From Euglena gracilis (Eukaryota), in contig CP154954.1 of the NCBI GenBank assembly GCA_039621445.1, positions 48,277,847-48,341,846 on the forward strand: 64,000 nt of DNA, given 5' to 3'. This document shows positions 47,901 to 61,964 of the stretch, in pieces. The translations under genes were made by a program, and so were the position numbers. Position 1 is the stretch's first letter; the number at the start of each line of letters is the position of its first letter. The notes below the pieces were generated by a model. That model saw nothing but the letters and a program-made list of their open reading frames with translations. It searched no databases and had not been told where the DNA came from.

Positions 47901-50900
47901 TACCCAGAAATGGGCTTTTCTGGGCTTCTGGCGACTTCGGCGCCGGAAGTGCCTTGGCCGAGTGCCCAGGCACTTTTGGACATGTGCCCAACCCCGGGGG
48001 ATTGGATCTGGGTGTCTTGGAGTGCCTGCCCAGGCAGCCCCCCCCCCCCCAGGGTGGGGTCGGCACCGCCTTAAATTTCAGTCTGTTCCAGGGGGCTACA
48101 GGCTGTTGGAAAAAAAAGAACAAACAGGTGGTTGCGTTGGAAAATGACTATGGGAAGCCAGGGAGGTAGACAGTCCCGGCTCATGTGGACAGCGGAACGC
48201 CCGCCCGACCCACCCTTGGCAAGGGGACACGCCCGGGGCGGGTCACCACCACCACCTCGCCGGCGTTGTCCACCGCCGCGTCGCGCAGGGCGACGGAGAC
48301 GATGACGAGCAGGCCGAGCTGCATGCACATCGTCAGCGTGATGGCGAGGAAGTACAGCAGGAAGTACAGCGTGCTGGGGGACTCCCACCGGCTCTCTGCG
48401 GCAGGCTGGGGCACCCAACACTGGTCTGAGCAGGGGGGGGGGGGAGGGCTTAAAAAACCCCCCCACTCAGGTATGCCGAGGGACGTGTCCAAATCCTGGC
48501 CCAGGTCCAGCCGGATTTGGAGATTTGTGGTGTGACAGAAAAATGAAAAGTTGGGGGGGACCATAGACGGGACAGCCCGATGACTGGCCCTTCTCTGGCA
48601 TCATGAGGTACTCGATGTACTTCTTCAGGAACTGCCCGCAGGTGTCATGCGGCAAATGGTGGCATAGCTCGTCCGCGACGCAGGGGCTGGGCTCCGGAGT
48701 GTAACCACTGGTCCTAGCTTGTGTTGTTGATCTGTCAGTGGTAGGTACTGGCTGGTTCGCTCCTTCCAGCTGGACCCTGCGAGGGTGTGAAACCGCACTC
48801 AAAATGCACACAAATGTGCGTGGGGACGCAGGTGTGCATGCGTGCACGCCCGTGTGCACAGACACCCACCCGCACCCTCCAACGCGAACAGGGGAGTCCA
48901 GGGACCAGCCCGGCAGGCTTGCTCAGAGGCAAGGGTCGCTGCGGCTTCTTGATGGGGTTTGTCCCCGGGGCTGGAGGAGCAGCCGAAGGGGCCGAGGCAG
49001 CATTCATCCGGCGGAGCCCATCACAGTCTCCCTGGGGGAAACAGAGCGGCCTCTGTGCTGGCGTGGGGGCGCATCCCTCACACCCAACCTGTGTTGTTTG
49101 CGGTGTTGTTGTCGGGGTGGCCGACAATAATCCAGTAAAAAAAATCTGTGCCGAACTACGGGCGCCCGTTTTCCATGCACTTTTGTGTGGTGTGCCGCAT
49201 AAAATATTGATGCGCATCGCGGGGCTGATTGGATTCATCCCCCACAAGCCATCCCACCAAGGCCAAATGTTCAGCTTCGAGCCTGGCCGGCGCACTGATG
49301 CAGCAAATCCAGGGCATACATGCAGGTCACCGCAAGCTAACACGAGGACACGTCACCATTGATCGCACAACCAAAGCGGGAACTACCCAGCCCGCATACC
49401 AAAGCGGAGGAGGGAAGAAGGAAGAGGGAGGAAAGGAAGAGGTGACTGCGCAAGTTGGAGAGGGGACGGAGTGCGAGGTTGCAGGTGGAGGGACGAGCCC
49501 AGGGTGGCGAGGTTGAGGCCGCCGGGTAAAAGGGGGGGGGGAATTCCCAGAATTCTTGGACACAATGACAATCACATATCGCAATTTTGCACAATGGAAT
49601 GAAATTTTGCAAAAATGCTTGCACAGCAGAAAATGACCTCCTCATGAAAAGAATCAGGGAAGGGAAGGAAGGGAAAATATTGTCTCAGGTTGCCGTCCAC
49701 AACAGTGCTCATGTGCCAATGTCAATCTGAAATCTAGGCAGCCCAGACAGGGGACGTTCACTAAGCATTGGTATTGCTGTAAAAAAAAAAGTGACAAACA
49801 AGACAATCCAGACAACTCCTGTTCAGGGCAAGGGGGTTCACAAGATATGATGGGCGCACACATTGCTGTGTACCTCGCTGTTGGGCTGGGTTAGTGGAGA
49901 GGTGAATAGGGGCCAATGAGCCATAATTACACAGAGACAGGTGGTCAGGCAGCTGTAAGCATAGGGTGTGGGTGAGGTGTGGGTGGGTATGGGGCATGGG
50001 TGGGTTTGGGGGGGGGGGGGCTACCCTTCTGTGCAATTGTTGCCATTGTATGTGCAGACCAAATTCGACTAATGAGCGCCAGGTTTCAGCTTCAAAAAGA
50101 AGGGGGGAATATACATACAAAAAAATGAAATGAAAAAAGCACGCGATGCACACAAAACATATTTCCACCATTGCCAAAGCCAAGAAAGCCGACACAACGA
50201 AAAGAAAACGAAAACTGCTTCCAGCGGAAAGATGGCCACGCAAATCTGACCACACCCCAGCTGCCCTTCAGCAGTGGGATCCGCCAGGGGTGTTGGGTGA
50301 GGGGGTGGTGGGGGTGGGGGTAGGCAGATTCAACAAACACGTGCACTGGTCGCCCCTTGGTCGGGGGATGGGCCCCCCAAACAGGGGGGGGGGAGGGGGA
50401 GGGGGTGATCCCAGAGCCCCTCCGGAGAGGGGGGGGTAGGGGGTCGACCCACCCCAGGGAAAACTGTTGAGGGCTTTAAAAAGTGCGTTTTCGGGGGATT
50501 TTTTTCCCCATCAAATTAAGCTTTCCGGTGCAAAGCGCCGGGGAAGAAAATAGTTTTATTGATTCCAGGGGTCCCTGGACCCCCCTCGGCCTGGAGGGGG
50601 GGATGGTTGGTCCGGACCCCACATCCACTGTGGGAGGGGGGGTCAAACCCCCCTTCCCCATGTACAAAACCAATAATCGCTTGATACCCTGGCCCCATTG
50701 GCTGATTGATGTCAACTTGGATTGCATTGGCCCTGGGCCAAGAAGATGATTTTTGTTATGTGAAATAGTGTGGGGGGGACCCAGTCAGGCCCATACAAAG
50801 CACAACGCAATGGCAGCGATTTGTGGCGGAAAATCATCCAGGCAAAGAGAGGAAAAGTTTTTAAAAAAAAAACTTTCCGAAAAATTGAAAGGCAGGGCCT

Positions 50901-53900
50901 TTCAATTGGTTTGTCCATCTGCATGCCAGGTGGGCATTTGAAGAACAAACAAGGAGGACCCCAGAACAAAAACAGGGGAATCAACGCTGGCACTGATCGT
51001 TTTTCTGCAGTTTCCCCGCTGCGCATGGAAAACGCCGGAGTTCGGTGGGCAGCCTCTCCTGCAGCTGGGAGGGCACGATGGCGCTCACGTTGACGGATGA
51101 CTCGTGGCGGATGAGAGGCAGCATCATTGGGGGCAGGCCAACCCCCGCAAGGGTTGGACGGTACACCGGATTGGGGGGGGGGGGTTGGCGTTGTCACATG
51201 GGGGGTAAGGCGGGACATTCCCCCTGCCTGGCTCTGGTCAGCGAAGGATGAAGAGAGGGGAGTGTGCAAAGGGTTCATATGAGGAGGTTGGTTGGCGTTT
51301 GGCCCGGGAGATTTTGGGGCAGGGTCAAGCGGGGGACGACAAAAAAAAACAACGCGTGCTTCGGCGTGCATTTTGGCTTGGGGAGCGAACGTTATTCGCA
51401 AGAATGTTATTTGCGTTATTTTTTTTGCAAAAAAAACAGCACAAATTCTGCAGTCTCGGCGGCTGAACCCCCCAATGGCAGCCCCGCCATCGCCCGCCGC
51501 TCCGGAGTGGGCGACCCGGGGCGGGCCTGGGGGACATGCCATGGATGACCAGCATGAGCACCACGGCGATGAGGACGATGGCCCCCGAGTCCCCGATTTG
51601 CGGCAGCCGGAAGAGGCAGACGGCGAAGATGACGGTGGGCAGCAGCGGCGGCAGGGCTGGGGGGGGGGGGGGCTGCCCAAGCTGCCACTCCGCACTGTGT
51701 CCCCGGGGGCCCACAGGCAGCGGTTTTCTTAAGGACTTGGGGGGGGGGGTCCCGGGGCCGGCTGGCAGCTGGACCCGGTGGGTACTCCTAAAAAAAAAAA
51801 GGCAAAAAAGCCCAAACCCAGGCAGGTAGGCATTTTTTTCAGCCAAAATTTGGAGGTGAAGGCCCAAAGCCACCCAAAGTGGCCATTTCGACCCCATTTT
51901 AAACCACTTTGGCGCTTCGCGACAAAAAATTTCAAAAACAACTTTGGGGCCAGCCCGGCTTCGCCGTGCTGGCGCAAACTACATTTCAGTGGACATCCCC
52001 AGGAGGGGTGCACAGCCTGGCTGGAAGCTGCTGGCTGGCTGGGCCCCTGGGGGGGGGGGCAGGGTAGGCCCCCTCCAGCTTCCCCCTGTCCACAGGAAAG
52101 GGTGAGGGGCAGTGATCCCTGGCGACCACACTGACCTGCCCACTTATGCAGGGCTTGGGGGCCCAATGTCTCACCAAACCGACCCCAATACACAATACCA
52201 TCTACAGGAGGCCGAAAGAATTATATCACGTTGAATGCCAGCGGCAGGACGTGGGAGGGCGAAAGTGGCCTCGGGGCGCTGATTGGTGTGTGCCCGCTGA
52301 CGAGCATTCACGCCTGCAACCGTCAAAGTTGGATGTGTGCGAGCATCCATCATTGTCAGGGATGCTCGCGATCATCTACTTTGGGGGGGGGGGATTGAAA
52401 ATTGTTCAACAGCAATAAACCCTCCTATTTATACTCCAGTTTGGTGGCTGGTTCAATGAGGATAGCAACTATAGGAGAGCAACGGAGGCTCAGAGCGCTT
52501 TCAAAAAGGGTGCTACAAAGTCTATGTTCCAAAGCGCCACAAAGGTCTATGGTTCTCTTTGTGCTGTACCCGATACATTTGCATGTGGTGCACATTGACT
52601 TCTCTTTTCGGTGCGCGCCATGATTTTTTGCAGGATGTTGTGCGCGTGGTTTTTTCCTCTTTCTCGCAAGAGAATAAAGAGCGGTCATTAATGGTGGGTT
52701 AAAATGGAGATTGCTTCTTTTTTGACAAGACTAAAAAAAGCATGCTTCATTTTTAATGATTTAACATTTTTTTTATGACAACGGAGGTCTTCAGAACCAG
52801 GATACCCAATTTCTGATGAATTCCTGTTTCAAACTCAATTGACATAAGAACATTGTTTAGACAGCGACTTGGGTCTTAAAAGGGTTCGAGCTCTGTCGAA
52901 ACTGCACCCTGTGCAAAAATATCTCAAAAATACAACGGATGCAAAAAAAACAACAATTCGATGAACTCTGGGGGGAGGCCAGCTAATATCACTCACGAAC
53001 AACTTTATATGCCCGACGATAGACCCCTTCCTAATTTAATCGGAAGTGAGGTTTTTGTGTGCAGGTGTTGTGTTAATGATTTTCTCAAACTTCGGTAGCG
53101 ACCTTCGACAACCTTTTCAACTGTGACATGAAAAAACTAATTTGCAGTTGCTGTGGCGAAAGAGAGCAGCAACACCGTGGAACGGCAGAGAAACGACCCC
53201 AGTGGACCGCAGCACAACCATTCAGTTGCATCAAACACTCTGCACACCGCACCAGCAGGCACATACATTCCCACCCATTTCCCGTGCCCAGCCCTGGGAA
53301 TGTAGTACAGGAAGACGTTTAGGAACACCCGCGCCACAGAGCGGGAGAGGAAGAGGATGGCCGGGGCGAGGGCCGGACCGCGGCACACCACCCCCCACGC
53401 CATTGCCCATCCCATGGGCCCCGGGACTGAGAGGGGCTGCCAACCGGGCTGCCCCCCTCCCCGGAGCCCGAAGGCTGGGGGTCGTCCCTGGGCAGGACGG
53501 CGGAGATGACCAACATGCAACACAACAGGAAGAGGACGCACAGAAGGAAAGGCGGGAGGGGAGGCCCCCGGCGTGGGTGGGGGGACGGCGCGCGCTGCAT
53601 GGGGTCCCGGTCCCCGTCAGCATTTTCTCCGACTGGAAACCCGGTCATTAACATCGGCCGAGAGCATTTCCACCCGGGGGGGGGGGGGGGGGGGGGCTGG
53701 ACGCGCTGGACTTGGGCCAGTACAGCCGGCCAACTGACAAAAATGCGAGCTGGGCCATCTCCTGGAGGGGGGGGGGGTAAGGTTTGGAGAGATTGGCCCA
53801 ACCAGTTGCTGCAGGGAACTAGTTGCGTCCCAAAACCAAGGGGGAAAATCCAAATGCAACTGGGTCGCAAACTTTCCAAACTTTTCCAAACTTTCGAGGG

Positions 53901-56900
53901 ATAACCAAAAAAAAAACCTCAAGAACCATGAAAATTTCAACCAACAAAATTTCGTGCCAAAGACTGGGACCAGCTTTGTTTGGGCAGGCCCAGCAGCCGA
54001 AACAATGGCTAAAAAAAATCTGGCAGGCAGGACACCTTCCCCAGAGGGTTCACCTCTGGCTTTCAAAAAAACCCTGAAAGCATGTAGTAGTGGTGGCGGT
54101 CGACCCGCCCTCCAGGTCTGGCGTCCCCCTCCCCCCTGTTAGCGTAAGGGGGAGGGGGGCTTCCCGGCAGGAGCAGGACGACGAGGGTGTAGTACATCAT
54201 GAGGAGGCGGGCGCGGCCCCACTCCCGGGCGATGGTGGGGTCCGCGATGCGCTCCAGCTGCCGGTGGATGTCCTGGCCGCAGGGCGTCGCCTCGGCAGCC
54301 TGCCCTCCGGCGGTACCAACATCCCCCCCCCCCGGCGCATTGGCCCCAACGGTCCGGTGGGGCCAACCTCGGGGACCACGTGGACTCCAACAGCCCGGGG
54401 GGGGGGGGGGGGCAGGGCGGGGCTGGACAGTTGGGCTGGCCGGCAGGACCAGCCCAGGAGTGGGGCCCCTTCGGGGGAGGCGGGGCCCTGCTCGGGCGTG
54501 GAGGAGCTGCCCCATGTAGTCGTCCACCTGCAGCACGAACGTGACGACCAACGCGTTGGAGATGGTTGGGGGCCAGGGCCCGCGGCCGCGTCCACTGGGG
54601 GGGGGGGGGGGGGAGGGACCGTTCGGACATCAATTGGAAAAGTGCTTACTGCTGCGCCAGTACGCTGGAAGTTGCCTTTTCCTGGCAACAGCGTGCTGGG
54701 CGGTTTGACCCCCACCATGCTTGTGCTTACCAACCGGGGGGGGGGGGGAGGGGGGGGGGTGCTATAGGGTGCCTGCCCCTAGCAGGCACACCCCCCCCGG
54801 GGGGGGGATAGGGGTCCGGGCCGGACCCAGAAAATTTTCATTGAAAATGGCCGTTTCCGGGCCCCCGGCGCCTTCGGCGCCGGGGTCGGAGGGGGGTGCC
54901 TGCTAGGGGCAGGCACCCCCCAAAACCCTACCCCCCCCCCCGGGGGGGTCAGATCGGGTGCTATGGGGTGCCTGCCCCTAGCACCCACCCCCTCCCCCGT
55001 GGGGTAGGCACCCGACTAAGCACAAGCCTGACCCCCACACTCACCACCGGTGGGCAGCGTCCACTTCCCACCACCCCCCATGGCACTGTCATCTTCAAGC
55101 ATGGTTTGCCATCCCACTCACGTATACCGTGTGTTCTGGTGGTGCCTCCTTGTCGTGGTTGCATCAATGTGTGTGCGTCTTGCGGGTATTTTTTTGGCGA
55201 GTTGCGGACTTTTTTGGCGTGTTTGTGTCATATGTGTTTGTTGTTGGTGCTTGAGCTTTTATATTCCCATTTCTGTTTATATTCTGCTCGTCATGTGGGT
55301 CTGTTCTGTCCCGAGGTTCTGTTCTGTCATGCTCTGGGGTGTTCTCTTTGGGTGCAAACCCACATGAAAAAAAATAGAGTTGGGATCCTGTGAGAGATGG
55401 TGTCGGTGGAGGCAGAGATGACGAGGAAAGAAAGCCACAGGACGCCGATGCCGGTGCCGTACTGGATCGTGGCTGAGGCAGGGCCCCCGCTGGCAGCCGT
55501 GGGGACGCACACCCCCCGCGCAAAGATGCAGACACACCAAGAGGGAATCCCCCAGGAGGAGAGGGGTAGCCAGAGGGGGCCACTTTTGGTTCAATTCTAG
55601 GGTCCAAAATTTCTATTTCTGTGTTTTATCCCATAAATAGATGAAACTCCCCTCAGCCCGATCCCACCCTTAAAGGGGAGGGGGAGTCCGTCAGACCCAT
55701 ATCCCCGTGGTCCAACCTTTAAAAATATACGTGAGCGGAAAATGTGTGCAGGAGATGTGGCTGCATTTACATCAAAACGTCAGAGTTCGCGCGGTATTAA
55801 CTTAAAACAACCCCTGTGTGATGTGTGGCGTATGGGCAGCACCCAATGAGGAGCAAGAGCAAGAGCAAGAGAGCCTGCAGCCAAGCGGGGCGAGCGGCTG
55901 GCCCGGGCAACGACGCGATCAGGAAGAGGCTCTTGCGGTCGGACTTGTCCTCCTCCGCGCTGATGACGTCCACGAGCCGGAACATCACAGTGGCGTTCTG
56001 GAGGTCCGTCGTGATGATGCAGAGGTACACCACCGCGAGGGCGATGGGCCGCAGGGCAGGGGCAGGGGGGGCCACATAGGTCGCAGGGGGGTGGGGGAGG
56101 TCAGGGAGTCCGGCGATGAGCGGCCCGAGTGGCTCCGCCGCAGCGTCCAGGTGCACTGCGACGTGTGTCGACGGTGTCCCGGTGGGGCAAGCTGGGCTGG
56201 CAAGTCATTGGGGCCCAACTCAGCCACGGCACTCGGCATCGCGGGGCCCCCCTTGGGCAACGACCAGGTCGTCGGTGTTGCTGTGGGTGTCGGAGATGCT
56301 GGCGGCGACCAGTCCCAAGAGCCCGATCTGGATGGAGACGGTGAGGGCGATGGCTGGGGGCCACGGACTGCCAAAAGGGGTGACTATGGTGCGGTGGTGC
56401 GTAGGGAGGGCATGGCTTTCGCAGATATGTTGGACGTGTTGTGTTGCGTTGTTGCTTTTGACATGTACAACAAACGGCATGCCCTGCAAGTCACCAAATT
56501 AGAAGCCCAGTGGGACTTCAACAAATCACTTGCAATGAAACGTAATGCAATGCAAATCAGCCACAGCTAGTGCGGTGTGCCATAATTATTGCAGCAGAAG
56601 TATATTTGCATTCAAATGCCTTTTATCTGGAGATTCATGGTTTCCTTACCTGTAACTCATGGAACCCCGAGAACATTGGACCCAAAATTCACATCACAAG
56701 CTTTTGCTCGACCTGCACTGAAGGCATCCTTCGAGTTTCACCTCTGCTTAATGGGAATGGGTTTCTTGCTCTTTGGTGAAAATCACTGGAAGAGGTCAAG
56801 GGATTTTATTTGGGGCGGGGCGAATGTGTTACAAAAGTTGTGCACGTCAACTGGAAGCACTTGTGTTGTACGGTTACCGAGTGGCAGCCCGTAGGGCAGG

Positions 56901-57100
56901 GCATACACCATGAAGACGAGGAACTTCGACTTCTGCGCCAGACCCCCCCCGCCCCATCGTGCATCAAGGGACACACACAGCCACAGCTCGCGAGGCAAAG
57001 GCCAGTGGGGGTCTGCTCTGGATTTTGCGGTCATTCACGTCCACGAAGTCGACGTAGCGGCAGTCGCAGGGGCCAGTGGGAAGGTGTCTGCGTGAGTGGC
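44930..57100 (-). CDS. Uncharacterised multi-pass membrane protein with two homologous TM modules (or two tandem paralogs)
   Basis: Many hydrophobic GC3-rich exons. Module 1 (53300-57100) has ...IQYGTGIGVLWLSFLVISASTDTIS|TISNALVVTFVLQVDDYM. Module 2 (45500-48680) has ...FQYAMGLG|VFWLSYVLIGSSPDTLSTISNALVVTFVEEVNEYM. Confidence 0.75.
47169..47319 (-). other. Non-conventional intron
   Basis: GAC-CAGGGGGG...CCCCCCTG-GCCGG|G; joins MGLG|VFW, matching the paralogous GTGIGVLW. Confidence 0.85.
54716..55030. mobile_element. MITE inside intron 54568-55393
   Basis: TIR CATGCTTGTGCTTA / TAAGCACAAGCCTG; TSD ACCCCCAC. Confidence 0.87.
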
Positions 57101-59413
57101 ATATACCTGTGGGAGTGATAGACTGGTCCCATTAAAATGCGCACTTAGCCACTGGGAGCAGCAATTGGCCGTAGATATCTTTTGGTGGAGGCGCCGTCCC
57201 AAAACCTGATGGTTTGCAAATTCCATTGCTTTCTCATGATTATTGAAAAAAAAATCATGCTCTGTTGTAAATTTCTGAAAATCTTCGTTGATTTTTTTTC
57301 GAATCAGGGATTCTCCAAATGAAATCACATCACACCAAAAGTTGGCCTGAAGAGACCAGAAACATCCAAAGAATGGATGGATCCCAACACCCACCACCCA
57401 CCAGCGAACAACCAACCCAACACCCAACACACACGTTTGGAAAGAGGCGGCATCCTGTCTGTGCACCAACCAAAAAAGAGCCCGTTAAAAAGCCATCAAA
57501 CCAGGGTGGTGAGTTTGGATGAATCCGAGGGGGTCTATGTGGGGGCGGCGGACAGGTGTACGATGGCCTTCTTGAGGGCCTTCGAGGTGGTGGGGAGCAA
57601 CTTCGCAGCCACTGTGGGGCTGGTGACGGTGTTGTCGTCATATGTCGCTGGCTGGGCGGTTGTTGGGGACTCCAAAATGTTCACCCACACACACAGACTC
57701 TTGCACCCACCTACCAGCACAGCAACGCACCCGCACCAGCAATCTCTGGAATGATAAATGACGTTGCGACGTGTCATTGCTCAACCAACCCCCTGAATCA
57801 CCCACTCACTCCAGACACACTCATGCGCACAAGCAAATGAACACACAGCACACAACACACGGACAAACGAACAAACACAACACAACACAACACAAATACA
57901 CACGCACACATGCGCATGCACTCACGCAATATATGTCAACTGTCAAATATACCCACAAGGAACATCTCATTATTTTGCAGGTATTTTGGTGCCAATCTGG
58001 GCTGCCCCCAATCGAAGCGGTATGTCCCATAGGCAAGCGTTTTGAATGTCAGAAAACGAGACCATTTACTGCCGCCCAGGGCTGGCTGGCCACGCGGTAC
58101 GGCTCTCCCCCTGGCTTGGCCAACATCGGATCATAAACGCTGCGGAGAAGAGCAGCAATGCAGAGCAGTAAAGAGGTCGATCATATCGGCGTGCTGAATC
58201 CCAGCGCTTGGCTTCACTTCCATGAAATTGATTGACATTTTCAAATCGGGAAGGCACTTTGCAAGGGAGACCTCGGTCTGTGTTTCAGAATGCGTCCGTA
58301 GTGACATCCGCAGCAGTGGATGATACAGCAACGAGCATGGGAAATATATGGCCGTGGTGGCATAATAAGATGTGCAGAAATGTAGGCAACCCTGTGGCAT
58401 GGGGGACTGTGATGGGGTCAAACTGTTAAAGGTCAGAGGGGTCATCCGCCGCACACAGCAGCTGTGATGCCTGCCTGCCAGAAAACCCCAGGCAAAGGTC
58501 AGGCCAAGGGAGGAGCGGTTTGCAGAAGGAGTAGCAGTGGCAGCTCCCAGCGGGCAGATGTCGTTGCAAACTACACACACAAAAGGCGTTAATGGTGGGT
58601 GTACCCCAGGCTGGTTCCACATGATGCAAGGGTCATTAAGGGCAGGTTGACTGAGCCGTTGGCAAGAAATGTCTCCGGATCCCAGAAGCATCCAGAATTC
58701 CCCTCACAGCATTTCTCAGGACTGCCCCCCCTGCACGTTTGCATGCTGGCTATTCTATCCATGCTCCATGTCTTACGGACGTGCCATCAATTTGGCTGTT
58801 TCCCCACGCAGAAGAACAGAAGCAGATGACGATGGTTATGGTTGTGCACCAAAAACTGACGATGCATTCCAATTAAAGAAAAAAATGCATTTTGAGGGAT
58901 AACGCATGCTGAATGCTGCCAAAAAAAAACGGATTGCAGGCTAATGGTCGATTAGATTAGAGGACCATCTTGTGCTACCACATCATCAGGTACATCGAGT
59001 TCTTAAATATTGTTCCAAGAAATTGTTCTTTGGGCAATGGCAGTCAGCTGCAGCTCGTTGGGGGGCACTGGATGCCATCAGGACAGGCCGGCCTCCATGA
59101 CAGCGAAAGGCCAGGCACAGGGTCCATTAAAGGGTGGTAAGGTTGTGGCGAACCCCGCCCCGACCCCCCCCCGTCAAAGTGGGGGTTAACCACCTGAAAG
59201 TGGGATGGCCAAAACGATCGTTTTCTGTTCGTTCAAGGTGGCTGGCTGAAAGATTCCCCCCCCCAATGCCAAAAACGCGATGGCAATTCTTGGAAAGACG
59301 TTCGTCTAAAAATGCTAAAAATTTTCGGTGCCAAGCGCCGGAAGGAAACGTTTGCGTTTTGAGGTTTGAGTGACTCCCAAAGCTGTGCCCCTTTGGACAC
59401 CTCCCACCTGAAC

Positions 59414-59923
<510 letters not shown>

Positions 59924-61964
59924 GTGTGTGGGTGCATGTGTGGGTGCGTGGGTGGGTGGGTGTGTGGGGGCAATTGTGGGTGTGTGGGTGTGGGTGGCGG
60001 ATGGGTGGGGGTGTGGGGAGGTGGAATGCGCTTACAGGCATACAGCATTGACCATCCCAGTCAACCTCAGTTGGACCACAGGAAAAACTCCAAAGAAAGC
60101 CACTGCTGGACACACCCACATGAGAGGGGATGAACACAGATGCTAAAGATTTTCATTCAAATTTTTGGAGTGTTCCTTCGCATTTAGTTCTAAGGAGACC
60201 CCTGAGGATCATTCCACAGGCTCTGCTAACCAGCATCGAATCGTTGGCGAACCACCAAAAGAGTGGCGGGATCACCCAAGCGCAATTGAGCAATGGCTGC
60301 CTCTCGATACAAAAGGCAGTGCGGCAGGTGAGAGTGTGAGAAGAGGGCGAGGCTGGATTAGGGACGGTGCATGTGTCGGAGGCGGTCATGTGTAGGAGAC
60401 GCATGGTCAGTGGGCCAGCGGCTGCCGCTCCTGCCCCCACGGCTGCGGCTCCACCTCGAGCTGAGGCAGAGAGGGGAGGGCGACGGTGGGAGCCAAGCAC
60501 CTATGGCCAGAATCCCAGATTCAGCCACGGCGAGACACACCCAGTCACGCCCAAACTACGCTCCGGGCCCGTCAAATCACCAAAGGAGGCTTACAAAACA
60601 AAATTTGTTTGGGTGCGTTTTTTATTCAAAATTTTTGACCTTGTTATGTTCTGAGGGTATGGTTTGGGAGTTGGTTGAGGGTGAAGATGCTGTGAAAAGT
60701 TGTCGAAACAATCCTCTGGTCCTGAATTTTTTGGACACAGTTCAAAACTGCAATTATGGCGTTTCAAAACTGTTATATTCTGCATTTTATCCACATTTGA
60801 AAGGTTCTCTCAGCCATCGTCAGTTTGAGGTTGAGGAGGGTTGGACCCCCCCCAGCTCCAATTATATCCCAGTGGCTTGATAGGGGGGTTACTGCAACAT
60901 CGTCGTCCTTGGGGAAGGAGGCTAGTTCGAGTTCCAAAAGCCCAGGAGAGTGACATACATCCCAGTCAAATGTCCATTTTTTTTATAATCCGGCACCCCC
61001 CTTCCCAGACCAAATAATTCCCCCCCAAATAAAACCCGACAAATGCAAAAATCCAAGAATCACTCGCCTCACCCCAAATTTGACCCCACGCAACCTGTAA
61101 AAACGACTGAAATCCAAAGATGAGACTGATACTTTAGCATTTTTGAGGCCCAGGAGTCATGTGAAATGTCTAGTTGGAGAGCAATCTCACAATTAATGAA
61201 GTATTGGGGAATTGGGCGTTTGGGAACCCTGAAAACTCTTGGGGTCAAAGGTCGGTCAAACAGACTCGAAAAATAGGATCGTCACAACAAATAAAATAGG
61301 ATCGTCACCCCCCCCTGGATTTTCCAATTTTTCATTTCATTTACACCCCGAATTTTTTTCGCATAATCCTGCATAATGACGTGCTTTTGGGTCAATTTTG
61401 ACCTTGAAAATTGTGCAGGATTATGCGGGATAATGCGGGCCAAAATATTCCTACCTGAATAATGCTCAATTATAAGTGTTATAAAACAATGGAAAATATG
61501 ATTCAAGAATGACAAAACCTATTTTCTGGAAAAAAACTGCTGCTTCTCAGGGCCTGTTCTTTTTGCATTCTCACAAAAAAAAGCAAATTATACGGGATTA
61601 TGCGAGATTATGCAGTCTGCAATTTTCCCCTCCCCTGCCAGTGTGTAAATGCAACTGGGGGAACCCGGTCACCATCTTCGCACGGTAAACCCAGCAAGGA
61701 CATGAAGCACACTGCAAAGCTGGCCGGCCACCGAACCTGTATGTTCGAACTTCATGTGTTCGACTTTCCATCTCCATCCATCTTTTTTGTGCACATGGGT
61801 GGGTCTGGGGGGACCTCAGCAAACCGATACCTTTGGGGCCTCGTTTACACCTCAGGGCCCAAGCAAAGCAGCAGCCATGACAAGGAGGAAAAGAACGCAG
61901 GTCAAGGAGGAGAGTGGCAGCGCGTGGTCCTTGGGCAACGGGGGCACACAAATTCATCTTTCAT

